Shown in pieces: positions 8,776 through 21,156 of a stretch of 64,000 bases of DNA; within the stretch, counting starts at the first letter, position 1, and each line of letters opens with the position of its first letter. This DNA is from Eubacteriales bacterium (GTDB taxonomy: Bacteria; Bacillota; Clostridia; Oscillospirales; QAKW01), in contig JAZUNB010000011.1 of NCBI GenBank assembly GCA_045603925.1, forward strand, positions 1,734 through 65,733, in the 5' to 3' direction. The position numbers and the translations under genes were made by a program. Under the pieces are notes generated by a model. That model saw only the letters and a program-made list of their open reading frames with translations, did no database searches and was not told the origin of the DNA.

Positions 8776-8981
8776 GCGATATGTCGGCCTTTGGCCGACT
8801 CGATATATTTGCCAAAGGCAAATTCGATATAATTTTCCAAGGAAAATTTCGATATGATATCAATTCCTTTTCTCGTCCCGAAGGGACATATCGAACCGAA
8901 GGTATATCGAATCCCAATGGAATATATCGAAAATTCCAAAGGAATTTATATCGCTGCAAAGTGTCCTTAGGAGCACTTTGC
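8776..8981. repeat. mirror-symmetric array of eight short hairpins joined by the conserved heptamers GCGATAT/TCGATAT (x4) then ATATCGA/ATATCGC (x4)
   Basis: Heptamers lie at 8776, 8800, 8824 and 8849 (sense) and at 8888, 8904, 8924 and 8948 (exact reverse complement). Hairpins lie at 8783-8799, 8807-8823, 8831-8848, 8875-8887, 8895-8903, 8911-8923, 8931-8947 and 8956-8981. Every stem ends in CC-(2-4 nt loop)-GG, but the stem sequences differ from unit to unit. Confidence 0.7.
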
Positions 8982-8996
8982 GAAGCGGAGCATTTT

Positions 8997-10193
8997 TTAA
9001 TCTAATAATTTAAAACCAAATTCCGATAGTGCGTTGCGGATAATCTCCACATGCTCAAAGTTTCTGGTTTCCAGAATAACATGCAGATAGCAGCCGTTGA
9101 TATCCGACCCTGCATTAGTATGCTCATGGTGCACACCGATCACATTGCCGCCCAATTCGGCGATAATTCGGGATACATGCTTCAGCTGACCAGGCTTATC
9201 CATCAATTCGATGTTCAGACGGCAGGTTCTTCCTGACATCAGAAGACCTCGATCAATAACGCGGGAAAGGATGGTAACATCGATATTACCACCCGAGAGC
9301 AGGCAGGCCACCTTCTTCCCTTTGATCGGCACCTTATTAAACATTGCCGCCGCGGCCGCAGTAGCGCCTGCACCTTCAGTCACCAATTTCTGCTGCTCCA
9401 TCAAAGCAAGGATCGCCGCAGAAATCTCATCATCGGTAACGGTAACGATCTCGTCCACATATTTGGAGCAAAGTTCAAAGGTCAACTGTCCGGGCTTTTT
9501 CACCGCAATACCGTCTGCAATGGTGGAAACGCTCTTTAATTCTTCGATCTGATGATCCTTGACCGAATTGAACATGCTGGGCGCACCTGCTGCTTGAACA
9601 CCGTAAACCTTGATATTGGGGTTTAAGTTCTTTACCGCAAAGGCAACACCCGAGATCAATCCGCCACCGCCGATGGGGACAATCACAGCATCCAGATCCT
9701 GAATCTGATCAAAAAGTTCCAGACCGATGGTGCCCTGACCGGCAATAACATATTCATCATCAAAGGGATGGATAAAGGTATAGCCCTTTTCATCCCGCAG
9801 TTGCAGAGCCTTGGCATAGGCATCATCATAAACACCCTCCACCAAAACCACCTCTGCGCCATAGCTGCGGGTAGCCTCAACCTTAGAGATCGGTGCACCG
9901 TCGGGCAAACAGATCACCGATTTGATCCCGTTTTTTTGAGCAGAAAGAGCAACCCCTTGAGCATGATTGCCCGCAGAGCAGGCAATCACGCCTCTGGCCT
10001 TTTCCTCATCGCTCAGCTGAGACATCTTATAATAAGCGCCCCGAACCTTAAAGGAACCGGTGATCTGCAGATTTTCGGTCTTTAAATAAACCTCAGCCTC
10101 CGGATTAATATGGGGAGCCGCGATCACATCCGTTTTACGGATCACATCTCTCAATACATATCCGGCATGGTAGATTTTATCAAGTGTCAACAT
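8997..10193 (-). CDS. ilvA: threonine ammonia-lyase (biosynthetic threonine dehydratase, short form with one ACT-like domain)
   Basis: 398 aa with the PLP-lysine motif GSFKVRGA, the glycine loop PIGGGGLISG and a C-terminal regulatory domain. It is the last gene of the BCAA operon. Confidence 0.85.
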   Translation of the reverse strand: MLTLDKIYHAGYVLRDVIRKTDVIAAPHINPEAEVYLKTENLQITGSFKVRGAYYKMSQLSDEEKARGVIACSAGNHAQGVALSAQKNGIKSVICLPDGAPISKVEATRSYGAEVVLVEGVYDDAYAKALQLRDEKGYTFIHPFDDEYVIAGQGTIGLELFDQIQDLDAVIVPIGGGGLISGVAFAVKNLNPNIKVYGVQAAGAPSMFNSVKDHQIEELKSVSTIADGIAVKKPGQLTFELCSKYVDEIVTVTDDEISAAILALMEQQKLVTEGAGATAAAAAMFNKVPIKGKKVACLLSGGNIDVTILSRVIDRGLLMSGRTCRLNIELMDKPGQLKHVSRIIAELGGNVIGVHHEHTNAGSDINGCYLHVILETRNFEHVEIIRNALSEFGFKLLD

Positions 10194-10208
10194 ATCCTTA
10201 TCCCTTTT

Positions 10209-11411
10209 CTATTGTTGCGAAAGTAAATAGTCTGTAAACTGATCGGCCGCACGGGCAGAACGCCCGCCCTTGCGAAGAGCAAAGGCTTCGGCAAGAAGCT
10301 CTAGTTCATTGGGATCCTTCCCGATCCCCTTGACTTCTGCCAATTGATGAACGATCCGAAGGTAAAGCTCTTTATTGGGCTTGGAAAAGAGAACCGTCAG
10401 CCCAAAACGCTCCGAAAGAGAGATCAGTTCCTGCACCGTATCATTATGATGCACATCATCCCCCGAGCGATCCGAGAAGCTTTCCTTCACCAAATGGCGG
10501 CGGGTGCTGGTGGCATAGATCACCGTATTCTTATTACGCGCCGAAACCGACCCTTCCAATATTGCCTTTAGAGTGCTGAAATAATCGTCATTTTTATTGA
10601 AGGAAAGATCATCAATAAAGATAATAAACTTTAAAGGATTCCGGCTAAGCTCGTCCATAATCATCGGCAATTGAAGCACCTGCTCCTTGCGGATCTCGAT
10701 CAAGCGAAGGCCTTCCGAAGCTAAAAGGTTGGTTACCGCCTTCACTGTGGAGGACTTACCGGTACCGGCATCCCCGCAAAGAAGAATGTTGGCAGCGGGC
10801 TTCCCATTCAATAATGCGCGGGTATTATCAATGACCTGCTTGCGCTCTTCTTCATAGCCGATCAGATCCTCCAAAGAGATGGGATCTGCACTGCGAACAG
10901 GTACAATACTGCCATCCTGCAGGGTAAACATCCGATTGGATACAAAAATTCCGTAGCCAAACCGATGAACATCCTTGACCCGCGCTTCATAAAGCGCCGC
11001 AAAATCTTTGGCCTCATTTTCAAAGAGCGCAAGATAACCGACATGGCCCACCATCTCGGCAAGCTTTTGAGGTTCCAATGAAGAGATCGCCGAAAACAAA
11101 GCAAGTTCATTTTCAACACAGCGTTGCAAAACCGCAGGGATCGGTTCATTATGGGCTCTTAAGATCACATATTCATTTTCATCCTCAAACAATGCCTTTT
11201 GAAGATAATCGCTCAGGCAATGGGAAAATGAAAACAACGCGCCCACAAATGCGCTATAGCTATCGGCCAAGGCCACCTTATCTTCTGTTTTCAGATTTAA
11301 GAAACTGCGCAGGGCAACCATCGGCGGTTGCTGCAAAACATTGCGGAATACCACCACCGAGGAAAGCGCCATAGAAACATTCTTCCAATCCGAGATCATC
11401 GGGTTCGCCAC
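10209..11411 (-). CDS. DUF815-family P-loop ATPase with an uncharacterised ~170-aa N-terminal domain
   Basis: 400 aa. Walker A is LLCGDAGTGKSSTVKAV and the DUF815-typical block is FIIFIDDLSF...LKAILEGS. It lies 7 nt after leuB and 15 nt before ilvA. Confidence 0.75.
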   Translation of the reverse strand: MANPMISDWKNVSMALSSVVVFRNVLQQPPMVALRSFLNLKTEDKVALADSYSAFVGALFSFSHCLSDYLQKALFEDENEYVILRAHNEPIPAVLQRCVENELALFSAISSLEPQKLAEMVGHVGYLALFENEAKDFAALYEARVKDVHRFGYGIFVSNRMFTLQDGSIVPVRSADPISLEDLIGYEEERKQVIDNTRALLNGKPAANILLCGDAGTGKSSTVKAVTNLLASEGLRLIEIRKEQVLQLPMIMDELSRNPLKFIIFIDDLSFNKNDDYFSTLKAILEGSVSARNKNTVIYATSTRRHLVKESFSDRSGDDVHHNDTVQELISLSERFGLTVLFSKPNKELYLRIVHQLAEVKGIGKDPNELELLAEAFALRKGGRSARAADQFTDYLLSQQ

Positions 11412-11418
11412 ACTTTCA

Positions 11419-12492
11419 TCAGGCCAATTCAGCCAAAATCTTTTCGGTCATCTGGGTACAGGTCAGAGGCTCTTTACCAGCGGCCGCCAGATCAGCCGTT
11501 CTCCAGCCGTTATTTAATACGCGATCCACCGCATCCTCAATGGCGTCCGCCTCTTTTCCAAGATCAAAGGAATAACGAAGCATCATTGCCGCAGATAATA
11601 CGGTTGCAATGGGATTTGCTTTATTTTGCCCTGCAATATCGGGTGCAGAGCCGTGGATCGGCTCATACATTCCGCGGGTGCCATCTCCCAAAGAGGCGGA
11701 GGGCAGCATACCGATGGAGCCGGTGATCTGGGAAGCCTCATCCGAAAGAATATCCCCAAACATATTGGAGGTAACCACCACATCAAACTGCGCGGGATTC
11801 TTTACCAACTGCATGGCGGCATTATCCACCAGCATATCCTTGCAGGTTACATCGGGATAATCGGCGGCCATCTCATGAACCACCTTTCTCCAAAGACGGG
11901 AGGTCTCCAATACGTTGGCTTTATCGATGCTGATCACATTGCCGCGGCGTTTTTTCGCCGTTTCAAAAGCCACTCTTGCAATACGCTCGATCTCCAAGCG
12001 GCTGTAGCATTCGGTATCATAGGCCTCTTCGCCGTATTTTCCCTGGCGATAGCCGCGGTCCCCGAAATAGATGCCGCCGGTCAGCTCCCGCACGATCATC
12101 AGATCAAAGCCCTTCTCCACCAGATCTTCCCGCAAGGGACACTCTGCCTTCAAAGCAGGATAAAGCTTGGCAGGGCGCAGATTGGTATAAAGGCCCAATG
12201 CGGCGCGAATGCCTAGAAGCGCCTTTTCAGGGCGCTGATCACCGGGCAGAGTATCCCATTTGGGACCGCCTACCGCGCCCAGTAAAACACTGTCGCTGGC
12301 CAGGCAACCGTCTACCGTTTCCTGCGGCAGAGGCTTTCCGGTTGCATCGATGGCGGCGCCGCCGATGAGATAATCGGTAAACTGAAAAGTATGACCGTAT
12401 TTTTCACCGATCTTCTTCAGAACAGCAACTGCGCTGTCCACAATTTCGGGGCCGATTCCGTCCCCTTTTAATAAAGCGATATTATAGTTCAT
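11419..12492 (-). CDS. leuB: 3-isopropylmalate dehydrogenase
   Basis: The track ORF extends to 12588, but the conserved N-terminus [18 protein letters not shown] starts at the ATG at 12492, 7 nt after the leuD stop. This gives 357 aa. Confidence 0.9.
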   Translation of the reverse strand: MNYNIALLKGDGIGPEIVDSAVAVLKKIGEKYGHTFQFTDYLIGGAAIDATGKPLPQETVDGCLASDSVLLGAVGGPKWDTLPGDQRPEKALLGIRAALGLYTNLRPAKLYPALKAECPLREDLVEKGFDLMIVRELTGGIYFGDRGYRQGKYGEEAYDTECYSRLEIERIARVAFETAKKRRGNVISIDKANVLETSRLWRKVVHEMAADYPDVTCKDMLVDNAAMQLVKNPAQFDVVVTSNMFGDILSDEASQITGSIGMLPSASLGDGTRGMYEPIHGSAPDIAGQNKANPIATVLSAAMMLRYSFDLGKEADAIEDAVDRVLNNGWRTADLAAAGKEPLTCTQMTEKILAELA

Positions 12493-12499
12493 GGTCTTA

Positions 12500-12994
12500 T
12501 CAGCGAATGCTGCCCTTTCTGATGGATTCAACCAAGCCGCCGTTGGTAATGATCTCTTGAATAAACGGCGGGAAGGGTTCGATTTCATAGGTGGCTCCGG
12601 TGGTCTTATTGCAGATCACACCGAGATCCATATCAGCCTCCACCTCATTTCCGTCGGCAATGGCTTCTGCCGCCTCGGGGCATTCCACAATGGCGAGCCC
12701 GATGTTGATGGCGTTGCGGTAAAAGATCCGCGCGAAGCTCTTGGCAATTACCAAGGAGATCCCACTCTCTTTAATGGCGATGGGCGCATGCTCACGGGAA
12801 GAACCGCAGCCGAAATTAAAACCGGCCACCATAATATCCCCGGGGGTTACCCGCTTGGTGAAGTTTACATCCAGGTCTTCCATACAATGGGAAGCCAATT
12901 CTTTTTTATCAATGGTATTGAGATAGCGGGCAGGGATGATCACATCGGTATCCACATTATCTCCGTATTTTATAACCGTTCCTGCAAATTTCAT
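12500..12994 (-). CDS. leuD: 3-isopropylmalate dehydratase small subunit
   Basis: 164 aa with [15 protein letters not shown] and [14 protein letters not shown]. It overlaps the leuC stop by 4 nt. Confidence 0.9.
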   Translation of the reverse strand: MKFAGTVIKYGDNVDTDVIIPARYLNTIDKKELASHCMEDLDVNFTKRVTPGDIMVAGFNFGCGSSREHAPIAIKESGISLVIAKSFARIFYRNAINIGLAIVECPEAAEAIADGNEVEADMDLGVICNKTTGATYEIEPFPPFIQEIITNGGLVESIRKGSIR

Positions 12995-14262
12995 CCCAAC
13001 ACCTCCTCAACACCGGCGATCTTGCCGGCAATGGCACTTGCCGCGGCCACAGCAGGGCTGGCAAGATAAACCTCCGATTCGGGATCGCCCATACGACCCA
13101 CAAAATTCCGATTGGTGGTAGCCACCGCGCGCTCTCCCTTGGCAAGAATGCCCATATAACCGCCCAGACAAGGGCCGCAGGTGGGCGTTGAAACAACGCA
13201 GCCTGCCTCAATAAAGATCTTTAAAAGACCGGTCTCCAGCGCTTTCAGGTAAATATCCTGGGTAGCAGGAATAATGATGGCGCGCACATGGGAAGCGATC
13301 TTCTTTCCCTTCAGGATGGAAGCGGCCTCCTCCAGATCCTTATAATGACCGTTGGTGCAAGAGCCGATCACAACCTGATCGATCCGCACATCTCCCACCG
13401 CATCAATGGTGCGGGTATTTTCGGGAAGATGCGGGAATGCAACAGTAGAGGTAATGGCAGAGAGATCAATTTCAATGGTCTCCTCATATTCCGCATCGGC
13501 ATCGGCGGTATAAACCACCGGCTCCCGATCGGAATGTTCCTTAATATAAGCCAAGGTCTGCTCGTCCACCTCAAAAATGCCGTTTTTCGCGCCGGCTTCA
13601 ATGGCCATATTGGTAATGGTCAGCCGATCGTAAATGGACAGCGCAGCAACGCCCTCGCCGGTAAACTCCATAGACTTATAAAGGGCGCCATCCACCCCGA
13701 TCTTTCCGATAATATGCAGGATCACATCCTTACCGGAAACATAAGGATTCAGCTTTCCTTTCAGAACAAACCGAATTGCAGAAGGAACCTTCAGCCAAAC
13801 CTTACCGATGGCCATACCGGCGGCCATATCGGTAGAACCGACGCCGGTGGAGAAAGCGCCCAAAGCACCGTAAGTACAAGTATGGGAATCGGCGCCGATC
13901 ACAACATCGCCTGCAACCACCAGCCCTTTTTCGGGCAACAGCGCGTGCTCAATACCCATACGACCCACGTCATAAAAATGGGTCACTTCTTTTTCATTGC
14001 AGAAATCTCTGCACATTTTACATTGAACCGCGGCTTTGATGTCCTTATTGGGGGCAAAATGATCCATTACCATGGTCACCTTCTCCCGATCATAGACCTC
14101 CTCAAAGCCCATACGGTCAAATTCGCGGATCGCAACCGGAGAGGTAATATCGTTACCCAACACACGATCCAGATTTACCAATACCAACTGCCCTGCTTTT
14201 ACTTCATCCAAGCCTGCATGGGCGGCCAGTATTTTTTGTGTCATTGTCATAGCCATAGCCAT
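12991..14262 (-). CDS. leuC: 3-isopropylmalate dehydratase large subunit
   Basis: 423 aa of the aconitase family, with [16 protein letters not shown] and the cluster cysteines GSCTNG...CGPCLG. Confidence 0.9.
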   Translation of the reverse strand: MAMAMTMTQKILAAHAGLDEVKAGQLVLVNLDRVLGNDITSPVAIREFDRMGFEEVYDREKVTMVMDHFAPNKDIKAAVQCKMCRDFCNEKEVTHFYDVGRMGIEHALLPEKGLVVAGDVVIGADSHTCTYGALGAFSTGVGSTDMAAGMAIGKVWLKVPSAIRFVLKGKLNPYVSGKDVILHIIGKIGVDGALYKSMEFTGEGVAALSIYDRLTITNMAIEAGAKNGIFEVDEQTLAYIKEHSDREPVVYTADADAEYEETIEIDLSAITSTVAFPHLPENTRTIDAVGDVRIDQVVIGSCTNGHYKDLEEAASILKGKKIASHVRAIIIPATQDIYLKALETGLLKIFIEAGCVVSTPTCGPCLGGYMGILAKGERAVATTNRNFVGRMGDPESEVYLASPAVAAASAIAGKIAGVEEVLG

Positions 14263-14273
14263 TAAACTCCAAA

Positions 14274-15938
14274 TTATTTAATGTTGATGATCGCGCCGCG
14301 ATCGGCAGAAGACACCGCATCGGCATACCGTTTCAGATAACCGGTAATGTTGGTTTTCTTTTCAATGGGCATCTCTTCTTTTCTCTTTGCAAGCTCCTCA
14401 TCGGAGACTTTCAGGGTGATGGTATGGTTGGGAATATCAATGGCAATCATATCCCCTTCCTTTACATAGGCGATGGTACCGCCGCGCACTGCTTCGGGCG
14501 AAACATGCCCGATGGAAGCGCCGCGGGTCGCGCCGGAGAACCGACCGTCGGTAATCAGCGCAACCTCCTTGTCCAGACCCATTCCTGCAATCGCAGAGGT
14601 GGGAGAAAGCATCTCGCGCATACCGGGGCCGCCGGAGGGACCCTCATAGCGGATCACAACCACATCGCCGGCTTTGATCCCGCCGGCATAGATCACCTTA
14701 ATACATTCCTCTTCACTGTTGAAGACGCGGGCGGGCCCTTCATGGACCAGCATTTCTGCGGCAACAGCGCTTCTTTTAACCACGCACCCATCGGGGGCCA
14801 GATTCCCCTTCAGTACCGCAATACCGCCGGTTTCGCTATAGGGTTGATCGATAGGGCGGATCACCTGTTCATTCAGGTTGGAAACTCCCTCCAGATTCTC
14901 CCCTACGGTTTTGCCGGCACAGGTCATGCAATCGGTATGAAGAAGATTTTTCTTGGTCAGTTCCTTCAATACCGCATATACACCGCCTGCCTCTTCCAGA
15001 TCCTCCATAAAGGTGGGGCCTGCAGGAGCAAGATGGCAGAGATTGGGTGTTTTAGCGCTGATCTCATTGGCCATATCCAGATTCAAACGGATGCCGCATT
15101 CATTGGCAATCGCGGGAAGGTGCAACATACTGTTGGTGGAGCAACCCAGAGCCATATCGGCAGTCAGCGCGTTTTGGAATGCCTTCTCGGTCATAATATC
15201 CAAGGGGCGGATATCCTTGCGGATCAGCTCCATTACCTGCATACCTGCACGCTTGGCAAGCTCAATACGCTGAGAATATACTGCGGGAATGGTGCCGTTT
15301 CCTCTTAAGCCCATACCCAATACTTCAGTCAGGCAGTTCATGGAGTTTGCGGTATACATTCCGGAGCAAGAACCGCAGGTAGGACAAGTTTTACACTCAA
15401 ACTCGCGCAGTTTCTCTTCATCGATCTTGCCGGCCATATAAGAGCCAACCGCCTCAAACATGCTGGAGAGGCTGGTCTTCTTTCCGTTTACGCGCCCTGC
15501 AAGCATAGGACCGCCGCTGACAAAAACAGTAGGAATATTCAGCCGCGCGGCCGCCATCAGCAGACCGGGAACGTTTTTATCGCAATTGGGGACCATGACC
15601 AGGCCATCAAACCCATGAGCCATCACCATAGCCTCGGTGGAATCAGCGATCAGATCGCGGGTCACCAAGGAATATTTCATTCCCTGATGTCCCATGGCAA
15701 TTCCATCGCAAACCGCGATGGCGGGAAACACGATGGGGGTCCCCCCTGCCATCGCTACACCCAGCTTAACCGCCTCAGTGATCTTATCCAGATTCATATG
15801 ACCGGGCACGATCTCATTATACGAGCTCACAATACCGATCAACGGGCGGGAGGTTTCCTCCTCTGTTAACCCAAGGGCATGATAAAGGGAGCGGTGCGGC
15901 GCGTTATTTGCACCGCACACAATTGTATCTTTAACCAT
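14274..15938 (-). CDS. ilvD: dihydroxy-acid dehydratase
   Basis: 554 aa with [17 protein letters not shown] and TDGRFSG. Confidence 0.95.
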   Translation of the reverse strand: MVKDTIVCGANNAPHRSLYHALGLTEEETSRPLIGIVSSYNEIVPGHMNLDKITEAVKLGVAMAGGTPIVFPAIAVCDGIAMGHQGMKYSLVTRDLIADSTEAMVMAHGFDGLVMVPNCDKNVPGLLMAAARLNIPTVFVSGGPMLAGRVNGKKTSLSSMFEAVGSYMAGKIDEEKLREFECKTCPTCGSCSGMYTANSMNCLTEVLGMGLRGNGTIPAVYSQRIELAKRAGMQVMELIRKDIRPLDIMTEKAFQNALTADMALGCSTNSMLHLPAIANECGIRLNLDMANEISAKTPNLCHLAPAGPTFMEDLEEAGGVYAVLKELTKKNLLHTDCMTCAGKTVGENLEGVSNLNEQVIRPIDQPYSETGGIAVLKGNLAPDGCVVKRSAVAAEMLVHEGPARVFNSEEECIKVIYAGGIKAGDVVVIRYEGPSGGPGMREMLSPTSAIAGMGLDKEVALITDGRFSGATRGASIGHVSPEAVRGGTIAYVKEGDMIAIDIPNHTITLKVSDEELAKRKEEMPIEKKTNITGYLKRYADAVSSADRGAIINIK

Positions 15939-15954
15939 GATATCCTCCTGCCGA

Positions 15955-17500
<1,546 letters not shown>

Positions 17501-17504
<4 letters not shown>

Positions 17505-19168
17505 TCTCCTTTCCGAGTAATGATATCGTCCATCGAACCACCGGGAGGCAGCATCGGTAAGACGAATTCATCCTTATCGATCAGGCAATCGATCAGCACC
17601 GGTCCTTGACTGTTATTCGCCTCCACAAAGGCTTTTTCAAACTCTTCCTGGGTTGCGGCCCGCAAGCCCTTTGCGCCGAAGGCTTCCGCCAATTTCACAA
17701 AATCGGTCTTGCGTTCAAGGGTCGTATTGGAATAGTGCTGGTTGAAGAACAAGGTCTGCCATTGGCGAACCATTCCCAAAACACCGTTGTTCATTAAAAC
17801 AATGGTAACGGGAACCTGGTAGGAAACAGCTGTTGCCAATTCGTTCAGGTTCATACCAAAGCTTCCGTCGCCGGTGATCAGCACGGTTCTCTCCTTGGAG
17901 CCGACCGCCGCGCCGATGGCGGCACCCAGGCCAAAGCCCATGGTTCCGAGACCGCCGCTGGATACAAACTTGCGTGTCTTCTTGAATTTACAGTATTGCG
18001 CCGCCCACATCTGATGCTGACCCACATCGGTGGCAAACACCGTTTCGGGGTTGATATGCTTATTGATAATGCCGATCAGATCGCGGGGATTCAGATCCTC
18101 CCGCTTCTCTATGGCTGCGGCTTCTTCTGCCTTCAATTGCTCAATATAAGCCATCCATTCAGGGTGCTTTTGCGGATGCACCCGATCTGCCAGACGGTTG
18201 AAGGTATCCTGCACATCGCCGATAATTCCGGCGTGAATGGGGATATTCTTATTCAATTCCGAAAAATCAATATCGATATGAATGATCTTGGCATTGGGAG
18301 CATACTTGTTCTTATTCCCGGTAGCACGGTCGCTGAACCGAACACCGATGGCGATGATCAGATCTGCGTGGTGCTGGGCCATAGAAGAAGCATAATGACC
18401 GTGCATTCCCTGCATTCCCAGGAAACGGGGGCATTCACTGTCTACACCCGAGAGACCCATCAGCGTACATCCGATCACCCCATCGATCTTTTCGGCAAAA
18501 GCCGCAAGGTCATCGGAGATTCCGGCGCCGATGGCGCCGCCGCCGATATAAATATAAGGGCGTTCACTGCTGTTGATCAACTCTGCCGCTTTGGCGATCT
18601 CTTCCTCGGGAACGATCCGATTATCAAATTTCGGAGCAAGAGGCTTCGGTTCATAGTCATATTCCGCCGTTTGAATATCCTTGGGAATATCGAGCAACAC
18701 CGGACCCGGTCGCCCGCTGCGGGCAATACGATAGGCCTCGCGGATATTATCAGCCAGCTGGGAAATATCATTCACAAAATAATTATGCTTGGTAATCGGA
18801 AGGGTGATGCCGGTGATATCGATCTCCTGAAAACTGTCCTTACCGATCAAGCTGCAGGGTACGTTACCGGTAATGGCCAGAAGCGGAACCGAATCCAGCA
18901 TCGCGGTCGCAATACCGGTCACCAGATTGGTAGCGCCCGGACCGGAGGTGGCGATCACAACGCCAACCTTTCCGGTAGCGCGGAAGTAACCGTCTGCCGC
19001 GTGGGCAGCGCCCTGCTCATGGGCAGCCAGAAAATGATTGATCCGACTGCTGTTTTTATAAAGTTCATCGTAAATATTGAGCACCTGCCCGCCGGGATAG
19101 CCGAACACATCGGTCACACCCAGCTCGATCAAGGTCTCGATCACGATTTGTGCACCTGTCATTTTCAT
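17501..19168 (-). CDS. ilvB: acetolactate synthase large subunit (ThDP-dependent)
   Basis: 555 aa with GYPGG and the ThDP motif GDGSFGMNLNELAT. Confidence 0.9.
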
Positions 19169-19180
19169 TTGGAATTCCTC

Positions 19181-20851
19181 TTAAACTTTTCGCTCAAACT
19201 TTCTGTTCAATGCGCTTACCAGCGCCTTAATGGACGAGGTGATGATATCCGAATCCACACCAACGCCCCAAACGGTTTTGCCATCCTGATCAAAAATACT
19301 GACATAAGAAGCGGCGCTTGCGTGGGAATCCACATCCAAAGCGTGCTCTGTATAGGAATCGAAGGTATAGACCTCACCGATCACCTTTTTGATCGCATTG
19401 CCGGTAGCATCCAGACGGCCGTTTCCGATTGCCTCCACCACCGAGGTAACACCGTCATATACAATGGTTGCCTTTGCCTTAAAGCCGGGCTGTAATTGTT
19501 CAAAATGAACCTCAGGCACCAAAAGCTTCTCTTCGCGGTTTACATAATCTTTTACAAAGATATCCAGCACTTCCTGCGGCTGCAGTTCTTTATGGCCCTT
19601 ATCGGAAACATGCTTTACATGGTAGCTGAACTCTTCCCGCATCTTCTGAGGAAGAATATAGGCGAATTGGGTTTCCATCAGGTAGCCGATGCCGCCCTTG
19701 CCGGACTGAGAATTGATGCGGATAACATCGGTCTCGTAAACTCTGCCGACGTCGGTGGGATCCAAAGGCAGATACGGAACAGTCCAGAATTCGGGGTTCT
19801 TCTCTTCCCGCCATTTCATACCCTTAGCAATGGCATCCTGGTGGGAGCCGCTGAAGGCGGCAAATACCAACTGACCGCTATAGGGCTGCCGCTCATAAAC
19901 ATGCATCCGCGTCACCTCTTCATAAAGCTGGGTGATCCGCGGCAGATCCGAGAAATCCAGGCAGGGATCCACGCCCTGAGAATACATATTCATCGCCAGC
20001 GTAATGATATCCACATTGCCCGTACGCTCACCGTTGCCAAACAAGGTTCCCTCAATACGGTCGGCGCCGGCCAAAAGGCCCATTTCACTATCCGCCACCG
20101 CGCAACCGCGGTCATTATGGGGATGCAGGGAAATCACAAGGTTTTCCCGACGGTTGAGGTTTTTGCACATATACTCCACTTGGTTAGCATAAACATGGGG
20201 CATTGAATGGGAAACGGTTACAGGCAGGTTGATGATCACCTTATCCTCTGCGGTAGGCTCCCAGATATCAATTACCTCATTACAAATCTCAACGGCAAAT
20301 TCCGGTTCAGTACCGGTAAAACTTTCGGGAGAATACTCAAATTTAAAGTTTCCTTCCGTCTTTTCGCGATACTCCTTGCAAAGCTTTGCACCAAAGCGGG
20401 CAATTTCAATGATCTCTTCCTTACTTTTCTTAAAAACCTGCTCTCTTTGCGCAAGAGAGGTGGAATTATAAAGATGAACCACTGCATTCTTGGCGCCCTT
20501 CAAGGCCTCAAAGGTCTTTGCAATGATATGCTCGCGGGATTGAGTCAATACTTGAATGGAAACATCTTCGGGAATCAGATCCTGCTCGATCAAGGTACGG
20601 CAAAACTCATATTCCGTTTCCGATGCGGCAGGAAACCCGATCTCAATTTCTTTAAAACCGATCCGAACCAGTTCTTTAAAGAAGGTCAGTTTTTCCTGCA
20701 GACTCATAGGAGTAATCAATGCTTGATTTCCGTCTCGCAGGTCCACACTGCACCAAATCGGCGCCTTATCAACATAAGACTTCTTGGCCCAATCCATTGT
20801 GACCGGAGATGCCTCAAAAAACTGTCTGCTGTATTTCTGATAACCTTTCAT
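19181..20851 (-). CDS. leuA: 2-isopropylmalate synthase (long form)
   Basis: 556 aa with DLRDGNQ, HPHNDRGCAVA and a C-terminal LeuA regulatory domain. It is the first gene after the T-box leader. Confidence 0.9.
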   Translation of the reverse strand: MKGYQKYSRQFFEASPVTMDWAKKSYVDKAPIWCSVDLRDGNQALITPMSLQEKLTFFKELVRIGFKEIEIGFPAASETEYEFCRTLIEQDLIPEDVSIQVLTQSREHIIAKTFEALKGAKNAVVHLYNSTSLAQREQVFKKSKEEIIEIARFGAKLCKEYREKTEGNFKFEYSPESFTGTEPEFAVEICNEVIDIWEPTAEDKVIINLPVTVSHSMPHVYANQVEYMCKNLNRRENLVISLHPHNDRGCAVADSEMGLLAGADRIEGTLFGNGERTGNVDIITLAMNMYSQGVDPCLDFSDLPRITQLYEEVTRMHVYERQPYSGQLVFAAFSGSHQDAIAKGMKWREEKNPEFWTVPYLPLDPTDVGRVYETDVIRINSQSGKGGIGYLMETQFAYILPQKMREEFSYHVKHVSDKGHKELQPQEVLDIFVKDYVNREEKLLVPEVHFEQLQPGFKAKATIVYDGVTSVVEAIGNGRLDATGNAIKKVIGEVYTFDSYTEHALDVDSHASAASYVSIFDQDGKTVWGVGVDSDIITSSIKALVSALNRKFERKV

Positions 20852-20882
20852 ATTCAGATCCTTCCCTTGCTCGGTTTTGAAT

Positions 20883-21150
20883 AAAAAAAATCTCCCTTAC
20901 ACAAAACCGCAAATTTGTTTGTGTAAAAGAGACGAAGATTTCTCCGCGGTACCACTCTAATTGACGAATATATCGCCCGCTCTGACGCATCTATCAATGC
21001 GCTTCTCTGTAACGGGAGTACCCGGTCGAACCTACTAAAGCTTTTCAGCCGACAGCTCCGGGAGGAGTTATATACACCGCACTTATCGGCTCACAGCAAC
21101 CGCCGACTCTCTGAAAGCATCAAATGTATCTTTTTTCCCTTCATCGCTTT
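20883..21150 (-). promoter_or_regulatory. T-box riboswitch leader with intrinsic terminator, controlling the leuA...ilvA operon
   Basis: The minus strand carries the T-box sequence AATTAGAGTGGTACCGCGG (20962-20944). It also carries AGAGAG plus a distal-loop-like GGTTGCTGTGA in stem I. The terminator is TCTCTTTTACACAAA / TTTGTGTAAGGGAGA followed by U8; two of its pairs are G-U only in minus sense. The specifier could not be assigned with certainty; a CTC (Leu) around 21062-21067 is a candidate. Confidence 0.85.
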
Positions 21151-21156
21151 TATAAT

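Noticed and set aside
8776-8981. The hairpin array considered as a CRISPR array, a REP/BIME cluster or a CsrA-sponge sRNA.
   Set aside because: - CRISPR: the repeats are only 7 nt and the intervening units of 9-18 nt are themselves palindromic.
- REP/BIME: in those elements the stems are conserved, whereas here the linkers are conserved.
- CsrA sponge: about half the hairpins present GGA near the loop (aaGGAaa, aaaGGAat, aatGGAat). However, the GGA lies within the stems, and I have no evidence for such a sponge in Firmicutes, so this stays a speculation only.
8634-9005. Three overlapping small ORFs (101, 71 and 83 aa) across the hairpin array.
   Set aside because: Their periodic sequences (YIE, DII, ISS...) are simply translations of the repeated heptamer and hairpin units. 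They overlap each other on both strands, overlap a terminator, and lack RBSs.
11419-12588. N-terminal extensions of track ORFs: leuB to 12588, rplJ to 22690, rplK to 24012, rpmG to 25094, the hemZ-like gene to 30171, rluB to 51344, scpB to 53937, the M50 protease gene to 55333, engB to 55895 and the lipoprotein gene to 49836.
   Set aside because: In each case the conserved family N-terminus begins at an internal ATG with an RBS and/or directly adjoins the upstream stop. The extensions overlap upstream genes or leaders and have non-protein-like sequence.
17996-19495. A 499-aa plus-strand ORF spanning the ilvB 5' half and the leuA 3' end.
   Set aside because: It is antisense to two strongly conserved genes and crosses their intergenic gap. 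Its sequence is low-information (many G, I, D, R, H) with no recognisable motifs, which is typical of a codon-bias shadow frame. The same reasoning applies to 13288-14265, 14424-15308, 32343-33164, 41758-42690 and 25359-26147.
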